Shown piece after piece: positions 17,953-29,785 of a stretch of DNA of 64,000 nt. Position numbers and translations under genes: made by a program. Under the pieces are notes generated by a model. The model had not been told where the DNA came from, searched no databases, and saw only the letters and a program-made list of their open reading frames with translations. Within the stretch, counting starts at the first letter, position 1. Every line of letters begins with the position of its first letter. Source of the DNA: Spirochaetia bacterium (lineage in GTDB: Bacteria > Spirochaetota > Spirochaetia > SZUA-6 > Bin103); the NCBI GenBank assembly GCA_965198005.1, contig CBDAOI010000002.1:608001-672000 (forward strand), written 5' to 3'.

Positions 17953-19491
17953 TCAGTCCGCGGGGGCGCCGCCGCCGGCCGCGGCCAGCAGCCGTTGCAG
18001 CTCCGGCAGGTCGAGGCCGGGGTAGGCGGGATACGCCTGCAGCAGTTCCGCGACGTCGGCGCGCACCGCCGCCTGCACTGCCGGGTCGAGCCGGTAGCGG
18101 GTGCGGCTCGGGGCGCCGGCTCGGGCCCCCTTGGTGATGCGGGCGGGCTCGGTCGCCGCCACCACGCGCGCGATCTGGCCGGCCACCTGCGCCATCTGTT
18201 CCTCCGCCATCCCCAGCGTGGTCAGCGCCGGCGTGCCCAGCCGCAGCCCCGACGTGTACCAGGAGCCCTGGGGATCGTCCGGCAGCACGTTGCGGTTCAC
18301 GGTGATCCCGGCCTCGCGCAACGCCGATTCCGCCTGGCGGCCGGTCAGCCCGCGCGCCGTCAGGTCGAGCAGCAGCAGGTGGTTGTCGGTGCCGCCGGTC
18401 ACCACTTGCAGCCCGCGCGCCGTGCAGGCGGCGGCGAGTGCCTGCGCGTTGGCCACGATCCGGCGCGCGTAGCGCGCGAACTCCGGCTGCGCCGCCTCGG
18501 TGAACGCCACCGCCTTGGCCGCCATCACGTGCGGCAAGGGGCCGCCGAGCACCAGCGGGCAGCCGCGGTCGACCGCCGCTGCCAGCTCGGCGCGGCACAG
18601 GATCAGACCGCCGCGCGGGCCGCGCAGGGTCTTGTGGGTGGTCGAGGTGACGATGTCCGCGAACGGAATCGGATTGCAGTCGCCGCCGAGCACGCCGCCG
18701 GCGACCAGCCCTGCGAAGTGCGCCATGTCCACCATCAGCACCGCGCCCACCGCGTCGGCGATGGCGCGCAGCCGGCGGAAGTCGATGGCGCGCGGGTAGG
18801 AGCTGTAGCCGGCCAGCAGGATCAGCGGCCGCACCGCGCGCGCGCGCCGCTCGACCGCGTCGTAGTCCAGGCGGCCGGTGACGCGGTCGACCCCGTAGGC
18901 ATGGCACTCGAACATCCGGCCCGACACGTTCGGTCGGTAGCCGTGGGTCAGATGGCCGCCGGACCCCAGGTCCATGCCGAGCAGCCGCTGGCCGCCCAGC
19001 TCGGCGCGCAGCGCTTCCCAGTCGGACGCGCTCAGCGCCACCGCCGACTTGGCGCCCAGCCGCTCCAGGCGCGGCTGCTCCACGCGGGTCGACAGCACGG
19101 CCCAGAACGCGACCAGGTTGGCGTCGGCACCGCTGTGCGGCTGCACGTAGGCATGCTCGGCCCCGAACAGCTCGCAGGCCAGCGCCGCGGCGCGCCGCTC
19201 CACCCGGTCGACGTTGGCGCAGCCGGCGTAGAAACGGTGGCCCGCCACCCCCTCGGCGTACTTGTCGGTGAGCAGGTTGCCCATGGCGGCCTGCACCGCC
19301 AGCGAGGCGTAGTTCTCGCTGGCGATCAGCTTGAGATGCGCCCGCTGATCGGCCAGCTCCTGGACGATCGCGGCCGCCACCTCGGGGGCGAGTTCGCAGA
19401 TCTGGTCCAGCGCGGCGACGTAGCCGGCCATCGGGGCCGTTACCTGATCCGGAGGCGTTGTCGCGAGATAGGAACTGAGTAGATGAGCCAT
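17953..19491 (-). CDS. glyA: serine hydroxymethyltransferase (long form)
   Basis: [42 protein letters not shown]. Confidence 0.97.
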   Translation of the reverse strand: MAHLLSSYLATTPPDQVTAPMAGYVAALDQICELAPEVAAAIVQELADQRAHLKLIASENYASLAVQAAMGNLLTDKYAEGVAGHRFYAGCANVDRVERRAAALACELFGAEHAYVQPHSGADANLVAFWAVLSTRVEQPRLERLGAKSAVALSASDWEALRAELGGQRLLGMDLGSGGHLTHGYRPNVSGRMFECHAYGVDRVTGRLDYDAVERRARAVRPLILLAGYSSYPRAIDFRRLRAIADAVGAVLMVDMAHFAGLVAGGVLGGDCNPIPFADIVTSTTHKTLRGPRGGLILCRAELAAAVDRGCPLVLGGPLPHVMAAKAVAFTEAAQPEFARYARRIVANAQALAAACTARGLQVVTGGTDNHLLLLDLTARGLTGRQAESALREAGITVNRNVLPDDPQGSWYTSGLRLGTPALTTLGMAEEQMAQVAGQIARVVAATEPARITKGARAGAPSRTRYRLDPAVQAAVRADVAELLQAYPAYPGLDLPELQRLLAAAGGGAPAD

Positions 19492-19592
19492 CGGTCGAGT
19501 GGGGCAAACATACCGCCGGCAGGGGGTCGTGTCAGGCGCTTTCTCCGCGTACGATCGTGTGCGATCGTGTGGAATCGTGTAAAATCGGGGCC

Positions 19593-20159
19593 ATGACGCC
19601 CACGACGCCGACGCTGAAAGATGCCGAACAACTGCTGGTGCGCTACATTGACAGTGACGCGTTGCGCAACCACTGCCGCGCGGTGGCCGCCACCATGGGC
19701 TACGTCGCCCGCCGGCGCGGGGAGGATCCCGAACGCTGGGCGGTGATCGGCTTGGTGCACGACCTGGACTGGGAGAAGTTTCCCGAGCAGCATTGCCGCA
19801 AGACGGAACAGATCCTGGACCAGGCCGGGTGGCCGGCCGACTACGTGCGCGCGGTGCTGTCCCACGGCTGGCAGATCTGCACCGACGTGGAACCGCGCAG
19901 CGAGCTGGAGAAGACGCTGTACGCAGTCGACGAGCTGACCGGCTTCGTCACCGCCTGCGCGCTGGTGCGGCCGTCGAAGAGCGTGCGCGATCTGGAGGTG
20001 AAGTCGGTGAAGAAGAAGTGGAAGAGCGCCGCGTTCGCGGCCGGGGTGGATCGGGAGGTGATCGTGCGCGGCGCCGGCATGCTGGACGTCGAGCTCGACA
20101 GCCTGATCGAGACCGTGATCCTGGCGATGCGCGAGGTGGCGGACGAAATCGGATTGTGA
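19593..20159 (+). CDS. HD-domain (HDIG) hydrolase
   Basis: [31 protein letters not shown]. Confidence 0.85.
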   Translation: MTPTTPTLKDAEQLLVRYIDSDALRNHCRAVAATMGYVARRRGEDPERWAVIGLVHDLDWEKFPEQHCRKTEQILDQAGWPADYVRAVLSHGWQICTDVEPRSELEKTLYAVDELTGFVTACALVRPSKSVRDLEVKSVKKKWKSAAFAAGVDREVIVRGAGMLDVELDSLIETVILAMREVADEIGL

Positions 20160-20179
20160 AGCATCGGAGGAGGTTCGAC

Positions 20180-20614
20180 ATGGCTGAAGAGACCGCCACG
20201 GCCGCACCCGAGGCCCACCCGGGCAAGGTGCGCAAGAGCGACGCCGAGTGGCGCCGCCAGCTCACCCCGGCCCAGTACCACGTAACCCGCCGCAAGGGCA
20301 CCGAGCCGCCGTTCAGCGGCGCCTACTGGAACACCAAGCAGCCCGGCGCGTACCACTGCGTGGCCTGCGGCAACGAGCTGTTCGCCGCCGGCGACAAGTT
20401 CGACTCCGGCACCGGCTGGCCGAGCTTCACCGCGCCGGCGGCGCCGGAGCAGGTGGGCACGGCGGCCGACCACAACCTGTTCATGCGCCGCACCGAGGTG
20501 CTCTGCAACCGCTGCGACGCGCATCTCGGCCACGTGTTCGACGACGGCCCCGCGCCGACCGGGCTGCGCTACTGCATCAACTCGGCGGCGCTCGACTTCC
20601 GGCAGGACGGCTGA
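20180..20614 (+). CDS. msrB: peptide-methionine (R)-S-oxide reductase
   Basis: [27 protein letters not shown]. Confidence 0.97.
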   Translation: MAEETATAAPEAHPGKVRKSDAEWRRQLTPAQYHVTRRKGTEPPFSGAYWNTKQPGAYHCVACGNELFAAGDKFDSGTGWPSFTAPAAPEQVGTAADHNLFMRRTEVLCNRCDAHLGHVFDDGPAPTGLRYCINSAALDFRQDG

Positions 20615-20699
20615 CGCCGGCCGACGCGGCCGCCCGGAGCCGCCCATTGACAGTTCCGCGCAGGGGTCGTAGGTTTCCGCTACGCCGCAGTTGCGTCTC

Positions 20700-20773
20700 G
20701 GTGGGTGTAGTTCAACAGGTAGAGCACCAGACTGTGGATCTGGAAGTTGTGGGTTCAAGCCCCATCACCCACC
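20700..20773 (+). tRNA. tRNA-His(GTG)
   Basis: G-1, loop CTGTGGA, discriminator C73. Confidence 0.95.
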
Positions 20774-20779
20774 CTCCCA

Positions 20780-20853
20780 GCGCCTGTAGCTCAGATGGAT
20801 AGAGTGCCGGACTTCGAATCCGTAGGTCGCAGGTTCGAGTCCTGCCGGGCGCG
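20780..20853 (+). tRNA. tRNA-Arg(TCG)
   Basis: GCGCCTG...CGGGCGC-G, loop CTTCGAA. Confidence 0.9.
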
Positions 20854-20905
20854 ACGGACGACAGAGCAGCGTAGCGCGCGCCCGGCGCGGGACGCTGGGC
20901 TGCAT

Positions 20906-20978
20906 GGGCCGTTAGCTCAGCTGGCAGAGCAGCAGACTCTTAATCTGCGGGTCGAAGGTTCGATCCCTTCACGGCTCA
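20906..20978 (+). tRNA. tRNA-Lys(CTT)
   Basis: GGGCCGT...ACGGCTC-A, loop CTCTTAA. Confidence 0.95.
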
Positions 20979-20991
20979 TTGCGCATCGTCG

Positions 20992-21073
<82 letters not shown>

Positions 21074-21134
21074 TGGCGGAGCTCGCCGGCTTCGGCGGCG
21101 GGTTCCGGCGGCCATGCCGGCGGCAATGCCGCAG

Positions 21135-21206
21135 GCGGGAATAGCTCAGTGGTAGAGCTCCACCTTGCCAAGGTGGAAGTCGCGGGTTCGAATCCCGTTT
21201 CCCGCT
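21135..21206 (+). tRNA. tRNA-Gly(GCC)
   Basis: GCGGGAA...TTCCCGC-T, loop TTGCCAA. Confidence 0.95.
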
Positions 21207-21219
21207 CAGGTAACGCAGG

Positions 21220-22587
21220 GTGACCGTAACCACTCAGAATTTCTCCGTATCGGCGGACAGCAAAGTTCAGTTCACGCTCACGGTGGCCGGCGCCAGCGTG
21301 CAGGAGGCGTTCGACAAGCGGCTGGCCGAGTTGCGCCGCAAGGCCCAGCTCAAGGGGTTTCGCCGCGGCAAGGCGCCGCGCGACCTGCTGATCCGCAAGT
21401 TCGGCGATTCGCTGCTGGCCAGCACCACCCAGACCGTGATCGAGGATGCGATGCGGGAGGTGGCGGAGGAGATGCCCACGCCGCTCGCCAACCCGGAGGT
21501 GCGCATCGACCAGCGGCCGACGCCGGGGCAGGACTTCACTTTTTCCGTGACCTACGACAGCTACCCCGACGTCGAGTTGGGCCCGTACCGCGACCTGACC
21601 CTCGACGAGCCGCAGGTCACGATCGGCGGCGCCGACCTGGAGCGCGAGCTGGCCCGGATTCAGGAACGAAACGCGGCGGTGGTGGACAAGGCGCCCGCCG
21701 CCGGCGCCGGGGACGAGGTGCAGGTGGCGCGCGGCGACGTGGTTACCGTCAACCACGTCGAGCAGGACGACGCCGGCCGGCCGGTGGCGGCCAGCGAACG
21801 GCGCGACTTCGTGTTCGAGGTGGGCACCGGCTACAACTTGTACGAGATGGATGAAGATCTCATCGGCATGGGGCGCGGTGCCGAAAAAGTAATCACGAAG
21901 GTGTTTCCGGCCGACTACCAGCATCGGCATCTGGCCAACCGCGCGGTCACGCTGCAGGTCACCGTGACCGCGATCAAGGAGAAGCAGCTCCCTGACCTCG
22001 ACGACGAGCTGGCGCAGGACGTGAGCGAGGAGTTCGAGACGCTCGACGACCTCAAGGCGGACCTGCGGCGCCGGCTGGAACGGGACGCGGCGCAGCGCGT
22101 GCGCGCGGACCTGACCAGCCAGCTCCTGGAACGCGTGGTGTCCGCCTCGCGGGTCCCGCTGCCCGGAACCATGATCGCCGCCGATCTGGAGGTGGAGTGG
22201 CGCCGGTTCGCGGCCCGCTCCGAGTCGGCCCCGGAGCAACTGGAGGAATCCCTGTCCGCCGCCGGCCGCAGCAAGGAGGAGCTGCTCGAGCTGTGGCGGC
22301 CGGCGATCGAGCAGCGCACGCGGGTGATGCTGGTGCTGGAACGGCTGGCGACCGCCGAGCGGATCGAGATCGGCGACCAGGAACTGGACGCGGCGGTGGC
22401 CGCGCAGGCGGCCGAACGCGACGTGGAACCCGGCCAGTACCGCGCGCGGCTGGAACAGGCCAAGCTGCTCGACCATCTGCGCACCGAGCTGCGCAACCAG
22501 AAGCTGTACGACCGCCTGCTGGCCGCCAACACCGTGCGCCCCGGCAAGGCGACGGCCTATCTGGACTTGGTAGAGGGGAACCAGTAA
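21220..22587 (+). CDS. tig: trigger factor
   Basis: GFRRGKAP ribosome-binding motif; FKBP-like middle domain; upstream of clpP. Confidence 0.93.
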   Translation: MTVTTQNFSVSADSKVQFTLTVAGASVQEAFDKRLAELRRKAQLKGFRRGKAPRDLLIRKFGDSLLASTTQTVIEDAMREVAEEMPTPLANPEVRIDQRPTPGQDFTFSVTYDSYPDVELGPYRDLTLDEPQVTIGGADLERELARIQERNAAVVDKAPAAGAGDEVQVARGDVVTVNHVEQDDAGRPVAASERRDFVFEVGTGYNLYEMDEDLIGMGRGAEKVITKVFPADYQHRHLANRAVTLQVTVTAIKEKQLPDLDDELAQDVSEEFETLDDLKADLRRRLERDAAQRVRADLTSQLLERVVSASRVPLPGTMIAADLEVEWRRFAARSESAPEQLEESLSAAGRSKEELLELWRPAIEQRTRVMLVLERLATAERIEIGDQELDAAVAAQAAERDVEPGQYRARLEQAKLLDHLRTELRNQKLYDRLLAANTVRPGKATAYLDLVEGNQ

Positions 22588-22611
22588 ACTACCGTTGCCA
22601 CGCACTCCACC

Positions 22612-23209
22612 ATGAACGAACAACTCAACACCCTGGTTCCGATCGTCATCGAGCAGACCGGCAGGGGCGAACGCTCCTACGACATCTATTCGCGGCTGCT
22701 GAAGGACCGCATCATCTTCATCGACGGCGAAATCTTCGATCTCACCGCCGACCTGGTGGTCGCCCAGCTTCTGTTCCTGCAGTCGCAGGACCCCGACCGC
22801 GACATCCAGCTCTACGTCAACTCGCCCGGCGGATCGGTCACCGCGGGGCTGGCCATCTACGACACCATCCAGTACGTCCGGTCCGACATCCAGACCGTGT
22901 GTCTGGGCCAGGCGTCGTCGATGGGGGCGCTGCTGCTGGCGTGCGGCACCCGCGGCAAACGGTTCGCGCTGCCGTCGGCGCGCGTGCTGATCCACCAGCC
23001 GTGGGGAGGCGTTCAGGGGCAGGCCGCCGACATCGGCATTCAGGCGCGCGAGTTGATCCGCATGAAGAAGCTGATCATCCACTACTTCGCCGTGCATACC
23101 CAGAAGAAAGACGACGAGATTGCGTCCGACCTGGAACGCGACTACTATATGTCGGCCGACGAGGCGCAGGCGTACGGCCTGATCGATCGGGTCATGGTGC
23201 GAGGAGAGA

Positions 23210-23232
<23 letters not shown>
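22612..23232 (+). CDS. clpP: ATP-dependent Clp protease proteolytic subunit
   Basis: [32 protein letters not shown]. Confidence 0.97.
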
Positions 23233-24460
<1,228 letters not shown>

Positions 24461-24462
24461 GT

Positions 24463-25038
24463 ATGCTCGTACCTGCTAACGTTTGGACGGTGGTCAAGGC
24501 GCGCGACGGCAACGCGGTATTGATCCGGCCAACCGGCTCCGATTCGGTGGTCCCGATCTTCGTCGAACCGACCGTGGCGCAGTCGATCGTGGTCGGGCTG
24601 GGCGACGTGCACGTGGCGCGGCCGCTGACGCACGACCTGTTTCTGGCGGTGCTCCACCGGTTGGACGTGCACGTCAACCGGATCGAGATCACCGCGATCA
24701 ACGACAATATTTTCTACGGGCGCCTGGTGCTGATCCAGGACGAGCACGAAGAGCTGATCGCCGATGCGCGGCCGTCGGACTGCATTGCGCTGGCGGTGCG
24801 GGTGAAGTGTCCCATCTTCATCGACGAGGACGTGGTCAACCGGGTCGGGATGCCGGTCAGCTCGGTGTCCGGCGTGGACGACGGCCAGCGTTCGGGGCAG
24901 CCGGGCGAGGCCGCCGGGGAGCAGGACGATTCGCTGCTCGCGCAACTGCACCGCGCGCTCGACGAGGCGGTACAGGACGAGGACTACGAAGAAGCGGCCA
25001 AGCTGCGCGACCGCATCAACGAGATGGAAAACGACTAG
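24463..25038 (+). CDS. bifunctional nuclease family (DUF151) protein with UVR domain
   Basis: RPLTHDL, DARPSDCIALA, EDYEEAAKLRD. Confidence 0.9.
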   Translation: MLVPANVWTVVKARDGNAVLIRPTGSDSVVPIFVEPTVAQSIVVGLGDVHVARPLTHDLFLAVLHRLDVHVNRIEITAINDNIFYGRLVLIQDEHEELIADARPSDCIALAVRVKCPIFIDEDVVNRVGMPVSSVSGVDDGQRSGQPGEAAGEQDDSLLAQLHRALDEAVQDEDYEEAAKLRDRINEMEND

Positions 25039-25140
25039 GAGTCTGTCGGATTGCGACAGACTCATAGTCGTCGGTGGGGATGGGCCGAAAGCGACGCCGC
25101 AGGCGACGGTTTCGGGGCGCTAGGCGGGTCCCGACGGGGC

Positions 25141-25812
25141 CTAACGGTGGCGGGTCACGCCGTGCCGCGGGCAGGTGGCCTGCACCGGACAGCGTGAGCA
25201 GTGCGGGGCCAGCGGCGTGCACACCTGCTGGCCGTAGCGCACCAGCACGGCGTTGATCGGAATCCAGTAGCGCCGCGGCAAGACCGCCGCCAGTGCCGCC
25301 TCGGTGGCGTCGGGGGTGCGGGTGGTCACCCACCCCAGGCGGTTGCAGATGCGATGCACGTGGGTGTCGACGCAGATCGCGGGGATGCCGAACCCCAGCC
25401 CCAGCACCAGATTCGCGGTCTTGCGGCCCACGCCGGGCAGGCGCAGCAGGGCCGACGGCGACCGCGGCACGCGGCCGCCGTGGTCGCGCAGCAGGACCGC
25501 GGCGAGCGCCCGCAGGTGGCGCGCCTTGGTGCGGTAGAACCCGGCGGGATAGACCAGTTCGGCGACCTCCGCCTCCGGGGTGGCGGCCAGCAGCGCCGGC
25601 GTGGGGGCGCGGGCCAACAGCCGCCGGGCGGCGGGGCCGGTCACCTCGTCCCTGGTGCGCAGCGAGATCACGGTCGCCACCAGGATGCGGAACGGGTCGC
25701 GCGGCTCCGTCCCCTCGGCCTGGGCCGCGGCGGTGGCGGATACCAGCGGCAGCGTGTGCCCTACGCGCGCGGCGAACCGGTCGAGCGTGCGTTTCCAGGG
25801 TACGCGGGAGAT
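25141..25812 (-). CDS. nth: endonuclease III paralog (start codon uncertain)
   Basis: DPFRILVATVISLRTRD, LPGVGRKTAN, CVDTHVHR, C-terminal 4Fe-4S motif; frame is open upstream of GTG 25680. Confidence 0.85.
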   Translation of the reverse strand: MSRVPWKRTLDRFAARVGHTLPLVSATAAAQAEGTEPRDPFRILVATVISLRTRDEVTGPAARRLLARAPTPALLAATPEAEVAELVYPAGFYRTKARHLRALAAVLLRDHGGRVPRSPSALLRLPGVGRKTANLVLGLGFGIPAICVDTHVHRICNRLGWVTTRTPDATEAALAAVLPRRYWIPINAVLVRYGQQVCTPLAPHCSRCPVQATCPRHGVTRHR

Positions 25813-25816
25813 GGTG

Positions 25817-26629
25817 CTAAGCGCGGACGGCCGCCAGCCGCTGGAAGATCATCTCGTGCACCTTGTCCTTGTCCTTGCCGAGGGAAAAGGAGATCTCGTC
25901 GACCAGCAGGGTCAGGGCGTTGTCGTACAGCTTGCGCTCCAGGATCGGCAACTCCTTGACCTTGCTGCGATGGTAGAGCGCCCGCACTACCTTGGCGATG
26001 TCGGTCACCGTGCCCGCCTTGAGCAGATCGAGATTCATCTGGTAGCGCAGCTTCCAGTCGGTCGGAATCGGCTCGAAGTCTTCCCCGACCAGCTTGAGGG
26101 CGCCGGTAGCGGCCGGCTTCGGCACGATGGCGCGGATACCGAGCTCGTCCGCGCGGTCCACCGGCACCATGATCGTCATGTCCGACACCTCGAGGTAGAC
26201 GATGTAGTAGAGCAGCATCTCGTCGCGGAACTTGAGCTCCTCGATCGAGCGGATCTGACCGACTCCCTGCAACGGGTACACGAGCTGCTGGCCCACCTTG
26301 TAGGGCAGCTTGCGCGGCTTGGACTTGGCGGCCTTCCTGGCGGTGGCGGCCTTCCTGGCGGTGGCGGTCTTGGCCGCGGCCTTGGTGGCGGCCTTGGTGG
26401 CGGCCTTGGCGGAGGTCGACTTGGCCGATGCGCTCCTGGTCGAGGTGGTTCTGCCGGCAGCCGTGCTGCTGCCGGCGGTCTTGCGGGTCGCGGCCTTGGA
26501 GCTGCTCGCGGTGCCCTTCCTGGTGCCGGCCCCGGGCGAGGTAGCCTTTGGCTTCACCGTCGGAGTCGTGGCGGTCCCGCTCGCCTGGGCGCGCGGCGCT
26601 CTCCCGCGGACGCCGAATGTAAACATCAC
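25817..26629 (-). CDS. carD: CarD family transcription factor with N-terminal Lys/Ala/Thr-rich extension
   Basis: YKVGQQLVYPLQGVG, IMVPV, DWKLRY, ELPILERKLY. Confidence 0.85.
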   Translation of the reverse strand: MMFTFGVRGRAPRAQASGTATTPTVKPKATSPGAGTRKGTASSSKAATRKTAGSSTAAGRTTSTRSASAKSTSAKAATKAATKAAAKTATARKAATARKAAKSKPRKLPYKVGQQLVYPLQGVGQIRSIEELKFRDEMLLYYIVYLEVSDMTIMVPVDRADELGIRAIVPKPAATGALKLVGEDFEPIPTDWKLRYQMNLDLLKAGTVTDIAKVVRALYHRSKVKELPILERKLYDNALTLLVDEISFSLGKDKDKVHEMIFQRLAAVRA

Positions 26630-26733
26630 GGCGAATAATAATGTCGCGCGTCCGCTGGGGCAAATCTTGCCGGTGCCGGCGGTGCCGGCGCGGGTCGTAG
26701 CGGAACGGGGAGTCGATTACAGTAGTACCCGTA

Positions 26734-27420
26734 ATGCGCCGCGCCGTAGCCATTCTCGCCTATCCGCTGCTGTTCGCCGCCATCTTCACGGTTACGCTGC
26801 TCTACCGCCAGGAGATCTGGGCGCTGGCCACCGCTCCGGCCGAACTGCGCGACTGGGTGCGCGGGTTCGGGGTGGCGGCGCCGCTGATCTTCCTCGCCGC
26901 GCAGGTGGTTCAGGTGGTGATCTTCATCATCCCGGGCGAGGTCCCCCAGATCGCCGGCGGCTACCTGTTCGGGATCGCCTGGGGGCTGGCGCTGACCTCG
27001 GCCGGGATCGCGCTCGGCTCCGCCATCGCGTTTCTCGCGTCGCGGCTGCTGGGCGTCGAGTTCCTGCGCGCCGTGCTGCCGGCGGACCAGCTCGAACGGA
27101 TGGAGAAGGTCGCCGGGTCGCCGCGCGCCACCGCAACTTTCTTTCTGTTTTTTCTTGTGCCGGGCATCCCCAAGGACATCCTGTGCTACGTTGCCGGGTT
27201 GTCCCCGATGCGGTTCACGGTGTTCATGGTCATCTCCACCGTGGGCCGGCTGCCGGGCATTGTCGGCAGCGTGATCATGGGCGACGCCGCGGCCGGGCAA
27301 CGGTGGCTGTTTGCGGGGATCATCTTCGGCGTGGCGGCGCTGCTGTTCGGGATCGGCTTGCTGCTGCGCGCGCGGCTCACCGCGCTGTTGGAGCGGTTCG
27401 CCGGCGGCCGCGACCGGTAG
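26734..27420 (+). CDS. TVP38/TMEM64 (VTT/DedA) membrane protein
   Basis: IPGEVPQIAGGYLFG, VPGIPKDILCYVAG, GRLPG. Confidence 0.9.
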   Translation: MRRAVAILAYPLLFAAIFTVTLLYRQEIWALATAPAELRDWVRGFGVAAPLIFLAAQVVQVVIFIIPGEVPQIAGGYLFGIAWGLALTSAGIALGSAIAFLASRLLGVEFLRAVLPADQLERMEKVAGSPRATATFFLFFLVPGIPKDILCYVAGLSPMRFTVFMVISTVGRLPGIVGSVIMGDAAAGQRWLFAGIIFGVAALLFGIGLLLRARLTALLERFAGGRDR

Positions 27421-29104
27421 CGGTTCCGTCCGCGGCGGCGGCCACGCCGCGCGGCCCGCTCACCTGCCGGAAGCGGATGAACCGGAACGGATGGATGTCG
27501 AGCGGGTTGGCGAACCACCCGTCCAGGCGGCCGCGGCTGACCAGGTTGTAGGCAACCATGTGGCTGATCGGCAGGATGACCGCTTCCTCCAGCAGAATCG
27601 TCTCCGCGTCCGCCAACGCCCGCAGGCGGTCGGCGCCGGTGGCGCGCACCGCGCGCTGCACGGCGCGGTCATACTGGCGACTGGCAAAGGCCGCGTCATT
27701 GAGATTGCTCGAGCGCACCCACATCTGGAGGAAGCTCAGCGGGTCGGCGAAGTCCCCGACCCAGGACTGGTGCGCCAGGGTAAAGTCGCCGGCGCCGATC
27801 TCCGCCAGCAGGTCGCGGTAGCGGAACTCCTGCACCGACACCTCCACGCCCAGCCGGCCTTCCCAGGTCTCGCGCATCAGCTCGGCGACGTGCCGCTGCA
27901 GGCTGCCGCCGACGATCTTGATCGAGATCGGCGGCAGGCCGCGGCCGTTCGGGAAACCGGCCTGGTTCAGCAGCCGCAGCGCGCGCCGCTCGTCGGCGGC
28001 GCGGATCCCGATTACCTCGGGGTACTCGGCGCTGGCCGGCACCAGCACGTCGCTCGGCACCTGCATCCTGGCGCGGTCGCGGATCTGCTCCCACGGCAGC
28101 AGCAGCGCCAGGCCGCGCCGCACGCGCTCATCGTCGAACGGTGCGCGATCGGACCGGAAGTAGAAGTAGGTCGTGGCGTACAGGGCGTTGAGTACCAGAT
28201 ACGGCCGGAGCTGCTCCGAATGCTCCCAGTTGTTCGCCCAGTGCACCTCGCCCTGCCGGAACGCGCGCGTGATCTCGGCCGGATCCTCGATGAAGCGCAC
28301 CTCCACCCGGTCCAGCTCCACCTGCCCGCTTCCCCAGTAGTATTCATTGCGTTCCAGCATCAGCACCCGGTCGGTCCACTCCACCACCCTGAACGGGCCG
28401 TTGCCGATCAGCGTGCCGGCGCGATCCCAGTTCGCCGCCCCGAGGTAGCCGGGGTGGATGGCGGAGAAACTGTGGTGCGCCAGCACCTTCAGAAAGTGAT
28501 CGGCCGGCTGCTCCAGCTCCACCTCCAGCACGGTGTCGCTCAGGGCACGTATTCCCACCCGATCGGGGTCGGCCAGCTCGCCGCTGCGATACGCCTCCAC
28601 GCCCTCGATCACATCGAACAGAAACGAGTACTCCGCCGCCGCGCCCGGGTCGATCATGCGCAGCCAGGACTGGCGAAAGTGCTCGGCGTGCAGCGGGTCG
28701 CCGTTCGAGAAGCTGGCGCCAGCGCGCAGGTGAAAGGTGTACCGGCGGCGGTCGCGCGAGATTTCCCAGCGTTCGGCCTGGCCCGCGACCGGGTTGAGAG
28801 TGAGCGGATCGTAGGCGACGAGCCCCTCGTAGACTGCGGTGAAGAGCTGCGCTTCCGTGGTCGAGAAGGTATGCAGGGGATCCAGCGAGAACTGCTGGGG
28901 AGCGTAGGCGACCACCAGCGTGCGCGCGCCCGGTTCGAGCTCGCCGGCCGGTTCGGTCGGTTCGGTCGAGTCGGTCTGCGCGGTGACGCCCGCGGCCGCG
29001 AGACTGCCGATGAGCAGCGCCAGGCAGCCGACCGCGCGGGGCGAGCGCCGGCCCCTGCCGCCGGCAGCCCTGCCGCCGGGAACCCTATCGACGAAAGAAG
29101 GCAT
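27377..29104 (-). CDS. peptide ABC transporter substrate-binding protein (OppA-like)
   Basis: SLDP, YEGLV, YTFHLR, NGPF, PFDDERVRRGL, SWVGDFADP. Confidence 0.9.
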   Translation of the reverse strand: MPSFVDRVPGGRAAGGRGRRSPRAVGCLALLIGSLAAAGVTAQTDSTEPTEPAGELEPGARTLVVAYAPQQFSLDPLHTFSTTEAQLFTAVYEGLVAYDPLTLNPVAGQAERWEISRDRRRYTFHLRAGASFSNGDPLHAEHFRQSWLRMIDPGAAAEYSFLFDVIEGVEAYRSGELADPDRVGIRALSDTVLEVELEQPADHFLKVLAHHSFSAIHPGYLGAANWDRAGTLIGNGPFRVVEWTDRVLMLERNEYYWGSGQVELDRVEVRFIEDPAEITRAFRQGEVHWANNWEHSEQLRPYLVLNALYATTYFYFRSDRAPFDDERVRRGLALLLPWEQIRDRARMQVPSDVLVPASAEYPEVIGIRAADERRALRLLNQAGFPNGRGLPPISIKIVGGSLQRHVAELMRETWEGRLGVEVSVQEFRYRDLLAEIGAGDFTLAHQSWVGDFADPLSFLQMWVRSSNLNDAAFASRQYDRAVQRAVRATGADRLRALADAETILLEEAVILPISHMVAYNLVSRGRLDGWFANPLDIHPFRFIRFRQVSGPRGVAAAADGTATGRGRRRTAPTAR

Positions 29105-29705
29105 CGATCGGGTTGCGGCCCAGCCGCAGCCAGACGTACAGAAATCCCGCGATCAGACCGCCCAGGTGAGTCAGGTGCGAGGTGCCCGGCTGGAACCCGG
29201 TGAGCGTGCCCAGCACGGCGATCCCCGCGAACACCAGCACCGCCATCGGGGCGCGCAACGGCAGGAACCAGAACAGGTAGATCTCGGCGTCCGGGTAGAG
29301 CGTGGCGAAGGCCAGCATCACCGCGAACAGGGCGCCGGAGGCACCGATGATGATGACGGCGCTGTTGGCCGAGAACAGCAGCGCGAACAGCCCCGCGCCG
29401 ATGCCGCTCAGGAAATAGAAGGCCAGGAACTCGGTGCTGCCGAGGTGCCGTTCCACCGGCGTGCCGAACCACAACAGCCCCAGCATGTTGAAGATGATGT
29501 GGTACAGCGAGCCGCGCGAGTGGAGGAACATGTACGTGAGCAAGGTCCACCACCGGCCTTCCACCGCCGCCGGGGGAATCAAAGCCAACTCCACCACCAG
29601 CGCCGGCCTGAGGAACTGCAGCATGAAGACCGCGACGTTGGCGAGAATCAGCCCCATGGTGGCGTTGTAGTATCGGTACGGCATGAGGCGGCGGCTGACA
29701 GCCAT
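29085..29705 (-). CDS. rhomboid family intramembrane serine protease
   Basis: WTLLTYMFLH, HIIFNM, GASG, HLGG. Confidence 0.92.
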   Translation of the reverse strand: MAVSRRLMPYRYYNATMGLILANVAVFMLQFLRPALVVELALIPPAAVEGRWWTLLTYMFLHSRGSLYHIIFNMLGLLWFGTPVERHLGSTEFLAFYFLSGIGAGLFALLFSANSAVIIIGASGALFAVMLAFATLYPDAEIYLFWFLPLRAPMAVLVFAGIAVLGTLTGFQPGTSHLTHLGGLIAGFLYVWLRLGRNPIDAFFRR

Positions 29706-29785
29706 CGCTTCTGAAGGTACCAGCCGCCGGCCGGGGGAGGCAACTCGGCCCGGGGAGCCAGGGGAGCCAAGCCCGGCGGTTGCGG

